Shown here piece after piece: positions 1 to 7,395 of a stretch of DNA of 63,044 nt. How positions within the stretch are numbered: position 1 is the first letter of the stretch; every line of letters starts with the position of its first letter. The notes beneath the pieces were generated by a model that saw only the letters and a program-made list of their open reading frames with translations, had not been told where the DNA came from and made no database searches. Source of the stretch: an uncultured Thermoplasmata archaeon (lineage in GTDB: Archaea; Thermoplasmatota; Thermoplasmata; WALJ01); assembly GCA_964475625.1 (NCBI GenBank), contig CAYYXK010000003.1:1-63044 (forward strand). The letters are read 5' to 3'. Both the position numbers and the translations under genes were made by a program.

Positions 1-14
1 TGAACGCTCCAACT

Positions 15-332
15 ATGCCAAATCCCAGAATCATCGTCCCATCCTCCATCTTCACCAACTCCTACTTCTACAAACATGAAATCGAAGACGGCAACGGAAA
101 CGAATCATGGCCAACCCTAACATTCTACGGCGATGATTCATCCGCGGACAACACGACAGCCCATGTCTCCGGCGTGATATACGGAAACATCACCGGAGAT
201 GATCTTGAAAGTCTTCTGACCGAACTCTCAAAGAACACAACCGGAACAGTAACATACGACTACACCACCGACGACCCTTATCAGATAAACCTGCCCTCCG
301 ATGTACTCAAGCTCGTTCCGTTCTCACAATAT
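15..332 (+). repeat. Conserved module, copy A (most divergent copy)
   Basis: The core ATCATCGTCCCATCCTCCATCTTCACCAACTCCTACTTCTACAAACATGAAAT (30-82) matches the other four copies with few mismatches. The rest is conserved mainly at protein level. Confidence 0.85.
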
Positions 333-1526
333 GCAAGCATTTCCAAGGCAGCAAATTCCAATCTGCGCGTTCTCATAGAGAACTCTCCCACTCAGACTCT
401 GAAAGGAACATCATCCAAAGGAGTGCACAACAGCGTCAACGGATGGGGAGACTTCCTTAAAGGAATAGTCAACGCAGCCGTAGAGGTCGGAACCGTCGCA
501 TGGGATTTCGCGGTAATGGCCGCACAGTCCGCGAAGAACATAGTCTGTTCCGCAATCACTGCGATAGCCACCACCGCCGGGGAATTCCTCACCCAGCTAG
601 GAAAAGCAATAATCGACTTCGGAAAGGAAGTAATCGGAACATTCAAGGACAAAATCAGCGAAGTAAAGGCAGCGGTTGAGAAGGTCGTGGATGTGATAGG
701 GGCGATTATTGAGTGGGTGAAAGAAGCGATAATAAATGCGGTTATGTCCGTTGTAAATCCGATCAAAGCCCGTCTGGACGCATTTTATGACACGCTAATA
801 CAGACAATATCCGATGCATTTACAGAGTATAGCAATACTGGGAGGCTCAGTGCTGAAACACAGCAGAATCTGAATTCTGTTCTCAACTTCAACTATCTAT
901 ATGTGGCATTCGGAGCTATGGTCATAGCCATAGATGCCATCGCAATAGCTGCGGGTTCAGTCACTTTGGGAGCAGGATATCTCTTGATAAGTGCAGCCGT
1001 ACCTTTGATCATAATGGCAGTTGTAGTGGCATTTAGTGGAAGCAGTGAATATGAAACTGCGGAAATCTCAGGACTGCAACCGAATCTGGATTTGAATTAC
1101 ATACTCAATTTCGTCAGGGATATGCTCACTAAAAGCAAAGGAAACGGCATAGGAAACCAGTTAATGGGAGCAGATCCAATGGATGTTTTATTCGGCTTTG
1201 TTTCTGTGCTTTTTGGTATGTGGTCGTGGATTACAGGGGCAATTGCTACAATAGATATAGAAGGGGCAGGTGCAGTAGCTTCCGTAGTTTTAGGTGCTAT
1301 TTCGTGGTGGGTTTTTGGTATAGCAGCATTGATTGCTACTGGAACTTCTGCTGGGGACATACTTGGTTTGATGGCGATAATAGGCGGTATATTATCTCTT
1401 ATTGGATCTGGACTGTCCTTAAGAGGGGTGGAAATTGAAGTTGGAACAAAAATAGCTCTTGGTCTGTCGTTAGCTTTCGGAGGTATTGGAATATATACTG
1501 GATATGAATCCCTATCTTTTACATGA
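15..1526 (+). CDS. Cassette-array protein A: conserved ~105-aa sequon-rich module, conserved helical segment, then a divergent Gly/Ala-rich multi-TM C-terminus. It may be the 3' part of a larger gene that starts left of the window.
   Basis: 503-aa ORF whose frame is open back to window position 3, so the 5' end may be cut by the window edge. N-terminus RIIVPSSIFTNSYFYKHEIEDG...LVPFSQY is paralogous to 8659-8973 and 10793-11107. The last ~210 aa hold 5-6 hydrophobic segments with GxxxG/GxxxA spacing. Confidence 0.75.
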   Translation: MPNPRIIVPSSIFTNSYFYKHEIEDGNGNESWPTLTFYGDDSSADNTTAHVSGVIYGNITGDDLESLLTELSKNTTGTVTYDYTTDDPYQINLPSDVLKLVPFSQYASISKAANSNLRVLIENSPTQTLKGTSSKGVHNSVNGWGDFLKGIVNAAVEVGTVAWDFAVMAAQSAKNIVCSAITAIATTAGEFLTQLGKAIIDFGKEVIGTFKDKISEVKAAVEKVVDVIGAIIEWVKEAIINAVMSVVNPIKARLDAFYDTLIQTISDAFTEYSNTGRLSAETQQNLNSVLNFNYLYVAFGAMVIAIDAIAIAAGSVTLGAGYLLISAAVPLIIMAVVVAFSGSSEYETAEISGLQPNLDLNYILNFVRDMLTKSKGNGIGNQLMGADPMDVLFGFVSVLFGMWSWITGAIATIDIEGAGAVASVVLGAISWWVFGIAALIATGTSAGDILGLMAIIGGILSLIGSGLSLRGVEIEVGTKIALGLSLAFGGIGIYTGYESLSFT

Positions 1527-1538
1527 GGGGGCGATGAA

Positions 1539-2171
1539 ATGAAATGTTACGAAGAAAACACAGAATATGTAATCAGAAATGTGGTTAGAAATGCTAAAAG
1601 CCTAGATTTAATATTTATATATATCGCAGTTCCATCGGTAATACTGTATCTTTTATTGCCTGACTTGTTTTTTCTTTCTGGGTTGTTTCTTTTTATGGCA
1701 GTATTCAATGTACTGCTGTTCATAGGATTCCGTTTATATTCTATTATATCAATTAAAAATTGGATGAATTACAGTTTTGTAACAAAAATATGCTTTTGGG
1801 ATGACTGTATAAAACTAATTTTTAAATCTTCAAATGAAATCAAAATATCTCTGAACAGTATTTATTATTTAAAACTACCTAAAATAAATATCGGTGAAAT
1901 ATGTTACTCTGTGAAGATTGGGAATAAACTCAGGCTTAAAAAACTCTATTTGTCGGCAGATCTATTTTATATTATTAAATCTCAATTAATTAAACATTAT
2001 AAAGAAAAAAACAAAACTCCATCTTTCATAATCGTCTCGCCGGAAGACAGGGCTGCAATGAGATGGGTTCTCACCTCTATCCAAACATATGTCACTCAGG
2101 GTAAAAAAGAAAAACTTAATAAAATCCTTGATGAGTTCTGGTCAAAGCACAAGTTAGAGGAGTTCGAGTAA
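1539..2171 (+). CDS. Small membrane protein with two N-terminal TM helices and a beta-rich cytoplasmic domain; candidate cognate partner or immunity protein of protein A
   Basis: 210-aa ORF starting 12 nt after the stop of protein A, with GAGGGGG upstream. Very AT-rich. Two long hydrophobic helices (VPSVILYLLLPDLFFLSGLFLFMAVFNVLLFIGF) are followed by alternating beta-like segments and a C-terminal helix. Confidence 0.6.
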   Translation: MKCYEENTEYVIRNVVRNAKSLDLIFIYIAVPSVILYLLLPDLFFLSGLFLFMAVFNVLLFIGFRLYSIISIKNWMNYSFVTKICFWDDCIKLIFKSSNEIKISLNSIYYLKLPKINIGEICYSVKIGNKLRLKKLYLSADLFYIIKSQLIKHYKEKNKTPSFIIVSPEDRAAMRWVLTSIQTYVTQGKKEKLNKILDEFWSKHKLEEFE

Positions 2172-2172
2172 T

Positions 2173-2640
2173 ATGTGCGGGAAACACGGAAGGATTATTG
2201 CAGATGTCAGCAATCGAAACCTCAAAACAACGAAATGGGTGCTCACAGTGGGAACGTTCGTTGGGGCAGTATTTGCTATTTTTGCAACCCGATTCTCGAT
2301 GAGCCTCAGTCCAGACATGATGTTCATTACTATTGTATTCTTAGCCAATGTCTTTCTTTTCGCCGCAGCTAGCATTTTTGTCTGGCTGTACTTCTCTTCA
2401 AAAGAGATAATTATATATGAAGACGGCATGAAGATTCCAAACAGCAGATTCTCATCCCGACATGTCAGATATGACAAAATAAAATCGATAGATCTGTATG
2501 CCAAAGGAGGAAATGTGATAATTCGCACAGAAACCAGAGATTTAGAGGTTACAAAGGGAATCATAGGAAAATGGGGGGTATTTGTCAAAATGTTAAAAGA
2601 CAAAGGACTTATAAATGAAAACGGAGATATGGAACCATGA
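2173..2640 (+). CDS. Small 2-TM + PH-like (bPH/YdbS-like topology) membrane protein; second candidate partner or immunity gene
   Basis: 155-aa ORF starting 1 nt after the previous stop. TM hairpin (WVLTVGTFVGAVFAIFA / ITIVFLANVFLFAAASIFVWLYF), then EIIIYEDGMKIPN...IKSIDLY...VIIRTE. This aligns by eye with the 12248-12754 product (AIVYENGIYSN...VEDIYV...VLLLKNGEE). Confidence 0.6.
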   Translation: MCGKHGRIIADVSNRNLKTTKWVLTVGTFVGAVFAIFATRFSMSLSPDMMFITIVFLANVFLFAAASIFVWLYFSSKEIIIYEDGMKIPNSRFSSRHVRYDKIKSIDLYAKGGNVIIRTETRDLEVTKGIIGKWGVFVKMLKDKGLINENGDMEP

Positions 2641-5600
2641 ACTTCCAACAAAAGTTTGATGACATATTCCTTTCCTTTGCCCAATTCCCCGATACAGAAT
2701 GTCTTGTGGACTCCTCTTCTTTCACAACCTTCTCATACTCCATCGAATCCGGTATGAACAACACAATCATCATCCCCTCCTCCATCTTCACGAACTCCTA
2801 CTTCTACCAGCACGAAATAGAAGACGGCGACGGTAAGAACAACCTGCACGACTTCGACTCGGACGGAGACCTTCTTTCCGACGGATGGAACGACACCAAC
2901 GCAAACGGGATATATGATGAGGGAGAAGGATACGGAGAACTGGGAGATCCTCTGGCAGGCAATGCCGGCGGCTACGGCACCGACCCGGCCGATACCGATA
3001 GTGACGGCGACGGCCTTACGGATGGCTTTGAAATAAACAAGTTTGGAGCATGGAATCAAACCATAGATCCAGACGGCGATGAATTCAATTTCTGGAACGC
3101 ACTAGGCCCCAATCTATGGGCAGAAGATGAAGACGGTGATTTTTTGATAAATATTATAGATTGGGACTCTGACAACGATGGCCTTCCGGATGGCTGGTTC
3201 GATGAAAATAACGACCAGATATGGGATGACAATGAATCATTTGGTGAGATTGGAGACATTAACAACAATAATAATGGCAGTTATGGAACTGATCCTTTGG
3301 ACAACGATACTGATAAGGATGGAATTTTAGATGGGATGGAAATTCACTTGAATATGGATCCTCTCGTACGGTATGACAACGATATGGACAACGACGGGAT
3401 ATGGGATTCAAATGATTTACAACCTGCTACTTCTTGGGAAAACATAACATTTAATGATTATTACATCCCAACCGGTGAGCTACTCATAAAAGAATGGCAG
3501 AATGTTTATTGGGGGCATACATACTACGATGATGCCACTCCGCCAGCATCTACTGTAAAGTCCCTTCTTAATGAATATTTGTCTTTTGAGTGGAAAGTTT
3601 CATATGATGTAACTCCCCCTAGTGAATGGATCATAAAATCAGATTTTAATGACTCTCTATGGGAGAAAAACATAACTCCTATAGGTAATGGAGATACACC
3701 TAAAACTCCAGCAACAAAAAGGGATTTTGAAGATCTTTATGCAAGAAAAACTTTTGTTTTAGATAAGCCTATTATGAGTGCTTATCTGCGTCTTTCTTCA
3801 GACGATGGTGCAGACATATGGGTAAATGGAGTAAAAGTACTTAATAGTATAACTGATCATCATCCAGCATCTTATTGGGATTATCAGATAAATATTACAA
3901 ATGAGCTTAAGATAGGTGAAAATTTTATAGCGATCCATATCAAAGACTATGGGGGGTCCTGTTATTTTGAACCTATTCTTGAAGTTCAGTATACATATGG
4001 ATTCTATGGAAACATATTGAATCCCTGGAAAGCGATTGATGCTGAACCGGAATATTCAGTAGGTTGGAAATTATACGATGGGACGGATTGGAAATTTTAT
4101 TATATTCCATTTATTAAAACATATCAAAATATTTTACCAATACACACCGATTATAAAGAGGCTAAATTTTTCTTAAGTATGGCACCTAACACCCAACAAA
4201 AAATAACAGTACAGTTTTCATTAGATCCGAGTTACGACACTAGTTACTATAACGACTCAACCTCATACAAATTACCCGGCTTCATATTCACTTTATATAA
4301 AAATGATTCGTGGCATACGAAATTATTTAGTAAAACTGTAGCAGGAAATGAGTTGAACAACCACTCTTTCCAGTGCGATTTCATAATACCTCCTGAAAAT
4401 ATAACAACAAATAGAACACTTCTTAGTATAATACCAGTTTGGATGGAGACAGATAAAAAAGCATCTCCTTTGGATCCTTCACATATGAAAATAGGTGCTT
4501 TTAGGATGGTAGTACTTGTAAATCAATACTTTGTTATATTCAAAAAAGGAGAAAATGAAACAGCAATTATGAATCAAATTCCAGAAGATGTTTATGATAG
4601 AAATTCTGGATATCTCTCAGGGACAAACATATATGTTTTTAACACTGCAGACAACAGTACTGTGATATATAACGAATTTAAGAATGTGGCTGAAACAGGC
4701 GGTGCAGATGCTGTCGTAGTGACTTCCGATTACAGTGATAAAATCCCCAATGCCATAAAAAGCGTCGATTGGAATTATATATGGAAGCTCGAGGATGCGA
4801 ACACTCTTGCAAACCTTCAATCAATATGGGAGCAATATACAGAAATTCTAATTAATTTTTATTATATAAAACAATATTCAGAACTGACCGGATTAAAATT
4901 AATAAAACCAAGAATCATTTTAGGAAGCGGTCTGGGAGCAACAACACTTCTTGAAAATGAAAATTTTGTTCTTTTGGAAAAAACACCTTCCGCTACTAGC
5001 TCTACAGGTTTCAACTATAATTTAAAATACTATGGTCAAAAACTTAATTCTGGCCAAGAGTTAACAAACTTCGTACAAACCTATTTCGGAATGGATAAGC
5101 AGTACATCGGGGAATCCAACGGATGGTATACATTCAAATCTGTAACTGGAGATGGCAGTGTAGTTAGAGTATGTGATACAAGCATATATACGCATTCAAG
5201 TACAAATTTGGATGAAATAAAGACGAATAAGTTGGTTGAACTAGATACGAAACACGAAACAATGATGAAATCTTTGAAAGTTATAAGTGGTACAGCCATA
5301 TTGGTCACATCAGCTATAGGCTTTATAGAAGCGTACAAAGAGGGAGATACTGCGGGCATGGTTGCATATTCGACCTCTGGAGGTGTTTTATTGACCGGAC
5401 TCTATTTTGAAGATGCATGGATTATTCGGGACGGGTCTTTTGTACTCAAACCAATATGGGCGATTGCCTCTATTGTCGCAGGAAGTATTTTTGCTTCATA
5501 TTATCTATATCAGGCATCTCTAACAGACGATCCTGCCTTGAAACATTACTATTATGGTAGAGCAACCTCTGCTTTTATAGATGGTGTTATGTTCTCAAAT

Positions 5601-5831
5601 CCCTTCACAGCACTTGGAGAAGCCGCCGTAATCCTAGGTACTGCTGTTGGTTGGGCATTAGGTCTATTAGATAGACCGATGACTTTTGGTGATGTAGTTG
5701 TCGCCATATGCGACTGGATAACGGGAACGCCCCAGCCAGACCCAGAAAAACAGTATTTTTACTATGTTGTTTGGAAAACTTTTACAGACAATATTCCAGA
5801 TGGTGCCATATATGTAGGAGATTATCCCTAA
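2637..5831 (+). CDS. Large cassette-array protein B: junction motif, TSP3-like Ca-binding repeats, lectin/jelly-roll-like domain, long unknown region, hydrophobic C-terminus
   Basis: 1064-aa ORF with ATGA overlap onto the previous gene and GGAGA 10 nt upstream. Motif GMNNTIIIPSSIFTNSYFYQHEIEDGDG lies at aa 39-66. It is followed by repeated DxDxDGxxDxxE stretches (DSDGDLLSDGW, DTDSDGDGLTDGFE, DSDNDGLPDGW, DNDTDKDGILDGME). AYLRLSSDDGADIWVNGVKV looks like a galactose-binding-like fold. About 4 hydrophobic helices lie in the last 200 aa. An alternative start is the motif Met at 2754. Confidence 0.7.
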   Translation: MNFQQKFDDIFLSFAQFPDTECLVDSSSFTTFSYSIESGMNNTIIIPSSIFTNSYFYQHEIEDGDGKNNLHDFDSDGDLLSDGWNDTNANGIYDEGEGYGELGDPLAGNAGGYGTDPADTDSDGDGLTDGFEINKFGAWNQTIDPDGDEFNFWNALGPNLWAEDEDGDFLINIIDWDSDNDGLPDGWFDENNDQIWDDNESFGEIGDINNNNNGSYGTDPLDNDTDKDGILDGMEIHLNMDPLVRYDNDMDNDGIWDSNDLQPATSWENITFNDYYIPTGELLIKEWQNVYWGHTYYDDATPPASTVKSLLNEYLSFEWKVSYDVTPPSEWIIKSDFNDSLWEKNITPIGNGDTPKTPATKRDFEDLYARKTFVLDKPIMSAYLRLSSDDGADIWVNGVKVLNSITDHHPASYWDYQINITNELKIGENFIAIHIKDYGGSCYFEPILEVQYTYGFYGNILNPWKAIDAEPEYSVGWKLYDGTDWKFYYIPFIKTYQNILPIHTDYKEAKFFLSMAPNTQQKITVQFSLDPSYDTSYYNDSTSYKLPGFIFTLYKNDSWHTKLFSKTVAGNELNNHSFQCDFIIPPENITTNRTLLSIIPVWMETDKKASPLDPSHMKIGAFRMVVLVNQYFVIFKKGENETAIMNQIPEDVYDRNSGYLSGTNIYVFNTADNSTVIYNEFKNVAETGGADAVVVTSDYSDKIPNAIKSVDWNYIWKLEDANTLANLQSIWEQYTEILINFYYIKQYSELTGLKLIKPRIILGSGLGATTLLENENFVLLEKTPSATSSTGFNYNLKYYGQKLNSGQELTNFVQTYFGMDKQYIGESNGWYTFKSVTGDGSVVRVCDTSIYTHSSTNLDEIKTNKLVELDTKHETMMKSLKVISGTAILVTSAIGFIEAYKEGDTAGMVAYSTSGGVLLTGLYFEDAWIIRDGSFVLKPIWAIASIVAGSIFASYYLYQASLTDDPALKHYYYGRATSAFIDGVMFSNPFTALGEAAVILGTAVGWALGLLDRPMTFGDVVVAICDWITGTPQPDPEKQYFYYVVWKTFTDNIPDGAIYVGDYP
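2738..2818 (+). repeat. Junction box, copy B; only the first ~25 codons of the module are present before the sequence switches to TSP3-like repeats
   Basis: CTCCATCGAATCCGG + ATGAACAACACAATCATCATCCCCTCCTCCATCTTCAC(G)AACTCCTACTTCTACCAGCA(C)GAAAT. The 15 nt before the ATG are identical to 10777-10791. Confidence 0.85.
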
Positions 5832-5840
5832 GGTGATAAA

Positions 5841-6395
5841 ATGATCGTAGGATATCTGAGCAGTGATGGAAAGATATACGACAGAAGTGGTAAATTCGTA
5901 AAGGAATTCAAACAGGATGAAGATGAAAAAGAAATAAAAAGATTCGTTTCCACCTCTCTTGTTGTGTCGTTCTGGGGTAGATCAGGAAGATCAAATCCGT
6001 TAGCAGATATGTATCCGGGTGAAGGCTTATTCATACAGACAAACAAAAGACTCATTTTCATCCGGGAATTAAAGCCTTCCAAGTCGTTTGCTGTGAATTC
6101 TTTCTTCGGTTCAGCCATGGTTGAAGCCATGAGAATGAGAGACCTGAAAAGATTGGGTCTCAGAGAGTATTTTGAGGTGTATTTCGACGAAATAATAGGT
6201 CATATCATCCATAAAGATGGTTACACTCTTTTAATATTGACGAGGGATAATGAAATTCGTAGCATCTTTGTTTCAAAGGAATTGAACTCTCCTGAAATTC
6301 TTAAGAAAGAGATATCTCGAAAAGAAGCAAAGAAAATGCAAAAAGAGATTAAAAAGAGAAAAAAGATATATTTTGGGAGGGTTATTTGGGAATGA
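5841..6395 (+). CDS. Soluble small protein, tandem paralog 1 of 3 (PH/GRAM-like guess); candidate immunity or partner of protein B
   Basis: 184 aa. Begins MIVGYLSSDGKIYDRSGKFVKEF behind the shared junction GGTGATAAAATG. Core QTNKRLIFIRELKP...AMRMRDLKRLGLREY is shared with the next two genes. No TM segment. Lys-rich tail. Confidence 0.65.
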   Translation: MIVGYLSSDGKIYDRSGKFVKEFKQDEDEKEIKRFVSTSLVVSFWGRSGRSNPLADMYPGEGLFIQTNKRLIFIRELKPSKSFAVNSFFGSAMVEAMRMRDLKRLGLREYFEVYFDEIIGHIIHKDGYTLLILTRDNEIRSIFVSKELNSPEILKKEISRKEAKKMQKEIKKRKKIYFGRVIWE

Positions 6396-6862
6396 TCATA
6401 GGCTATCTCAGCAGTGACAATAAGATATACACCAGAAACGGCAGGTTCATTAAGGAGTTCAGACTGGAGGAGGATGAAGAAATCATAGAGAAGGATAATG
6501 ATTTTTACTGTGGGGGCATAGCAAAGGCTACCAGAATAGGCGGAAATAGCGTTTTTGATAAGGGCAAATGCACAATCATAAGAACGAACGAGAGGCTGAT
6601 TCTATACAGGGAAATAAAACCAAGAGAGAAAATGTCTCTACATCCTTTCTTAGGTGAGGCATTAATCGAGGCTCTTCGGGCAAAGGAACTTAGCAAACTT
6701 GGGTTAAAGGAATACATCGAATTTCAGATGTCAGAGATAGAAAAGACCGAAAAAGGATGGCTTCTGAAAGGGAGAGAAATAGATTTCCGTTTCAATGGAG
6801 ATAAATATTATATGATATTCCCCAAATCAAAGAAAAATACTTTAGAGGACCTTTTCAGGTGA
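6392..6862 (+). CDS. Soluble small protein, tandem paralog 2 of 3
   Basis: MIIGYLSSDNKIYTRNGRFIKEF...RTNERLILYREIKP...ALRAKELSKLGLKEY. I prefer the ATG at 6392 (ATGA overlap with the paralog 1 stop) over the track TTG start at 6386, because it matches the paralog N-termini. Confidence 0.65.
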   Translation: MIIGYLSSDNKIYTRNGRFIKEFRLEEDEEIIEKDNDFYCGGIAKATRIGGNSVFDKGKCTIIRTNERLILYREIKPREKMSLHPFLGEALIEALRAKELSKLGLKEYIEFQMSEIEKTEKGWLLKGREIDFRFNGDKYYMIFPKSKKNTLEDLFR

Positions 6863-6866
6863 TAAA

Positions 6867-7334
6867 ATGATCGTAGGATACCTCGGTAGTGATGGAAAAA
6901 TATACGACAGAAACGGCAGGTTCATTAAGGAGCTCAGACTAGAGGAGGACGAAGAAATCATGGAAAAAGATGATAAATTTTACTGCGGAGGAATGTCAGA
7001 AAAGGTAGCTTTCGGAGATAGTGTATTTGAGAGAGGATATACCGAAGTCGTGAGGACATCTGCGCGGCTCATATTCATAAGAGAAATGAGGGCGATGGAA
7101 AAATTCTCAAACCATCCTTTCTTTGGAGCAGCCCTTTTAGCGGCCATGAGGGCCAAGGAGATCGCCAGTCTGGGATTCAGAGAGTACCTGGAGATACCAT
7201 TGGAAGAAATAAACGAGGCCAAAAAACGAATAACAGGTGCAAGGAATCTAATAATGAATGCCGATGGAATCGAGTATATCATGGTCTTCCCTAAATCAAA
7301 AAAAGGCACTTTGGAAGAGCTTTTTGGGAAGTGA
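6867..7334 (+). CDS. Soluble small protein, tandem paralog 3 of 3
   Basis: MIVGYLGSDGKIYDRNGRFIKEL...RTSARLIFIREMRA...AMRAKEIASLGFREY. Preceded by AGGTGATAAAATG, in which the TGA is the stop of paralog 2. Confidence 0.65.
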   Translation: MIVGYLGSDGKIYDRNGRFIKELRLEEDEEIMEKDDKFYCGGMSEKVAFGDSVFERGYTEVVRTSARLIFIREMRAMEKFSNHPFFGAALLAAMRAKEIASLGFREYLEIPLEEINEAKKRITGARNLIMNADGIEYIMVFPKSKKGTLEELFGK

Positions 7335-7372
7335 TAAAACGATCTTAGGATATATTAGTAGCAATCAAGATA
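7330..7372 (+). pseudogene. Dead 5' stump of a fourth tandem paralog (start codon ATG changed to ACG), read through in frame into the ORF of protein C
   Basis: GTGATAAAACGATCTTAGGATATATTAGTAGC at 7331-7362 matches the junction GTGATAAAATGATCGTAGGATA seen at 5833 and 6859. It encodes T-ILGYISSN against M-IVGYLSSD. Similarity is lost after about 12 codons. Confidence 0.6.
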
Positions 7373-7395
7373 GCTATAACATAACTAACGTCTCC

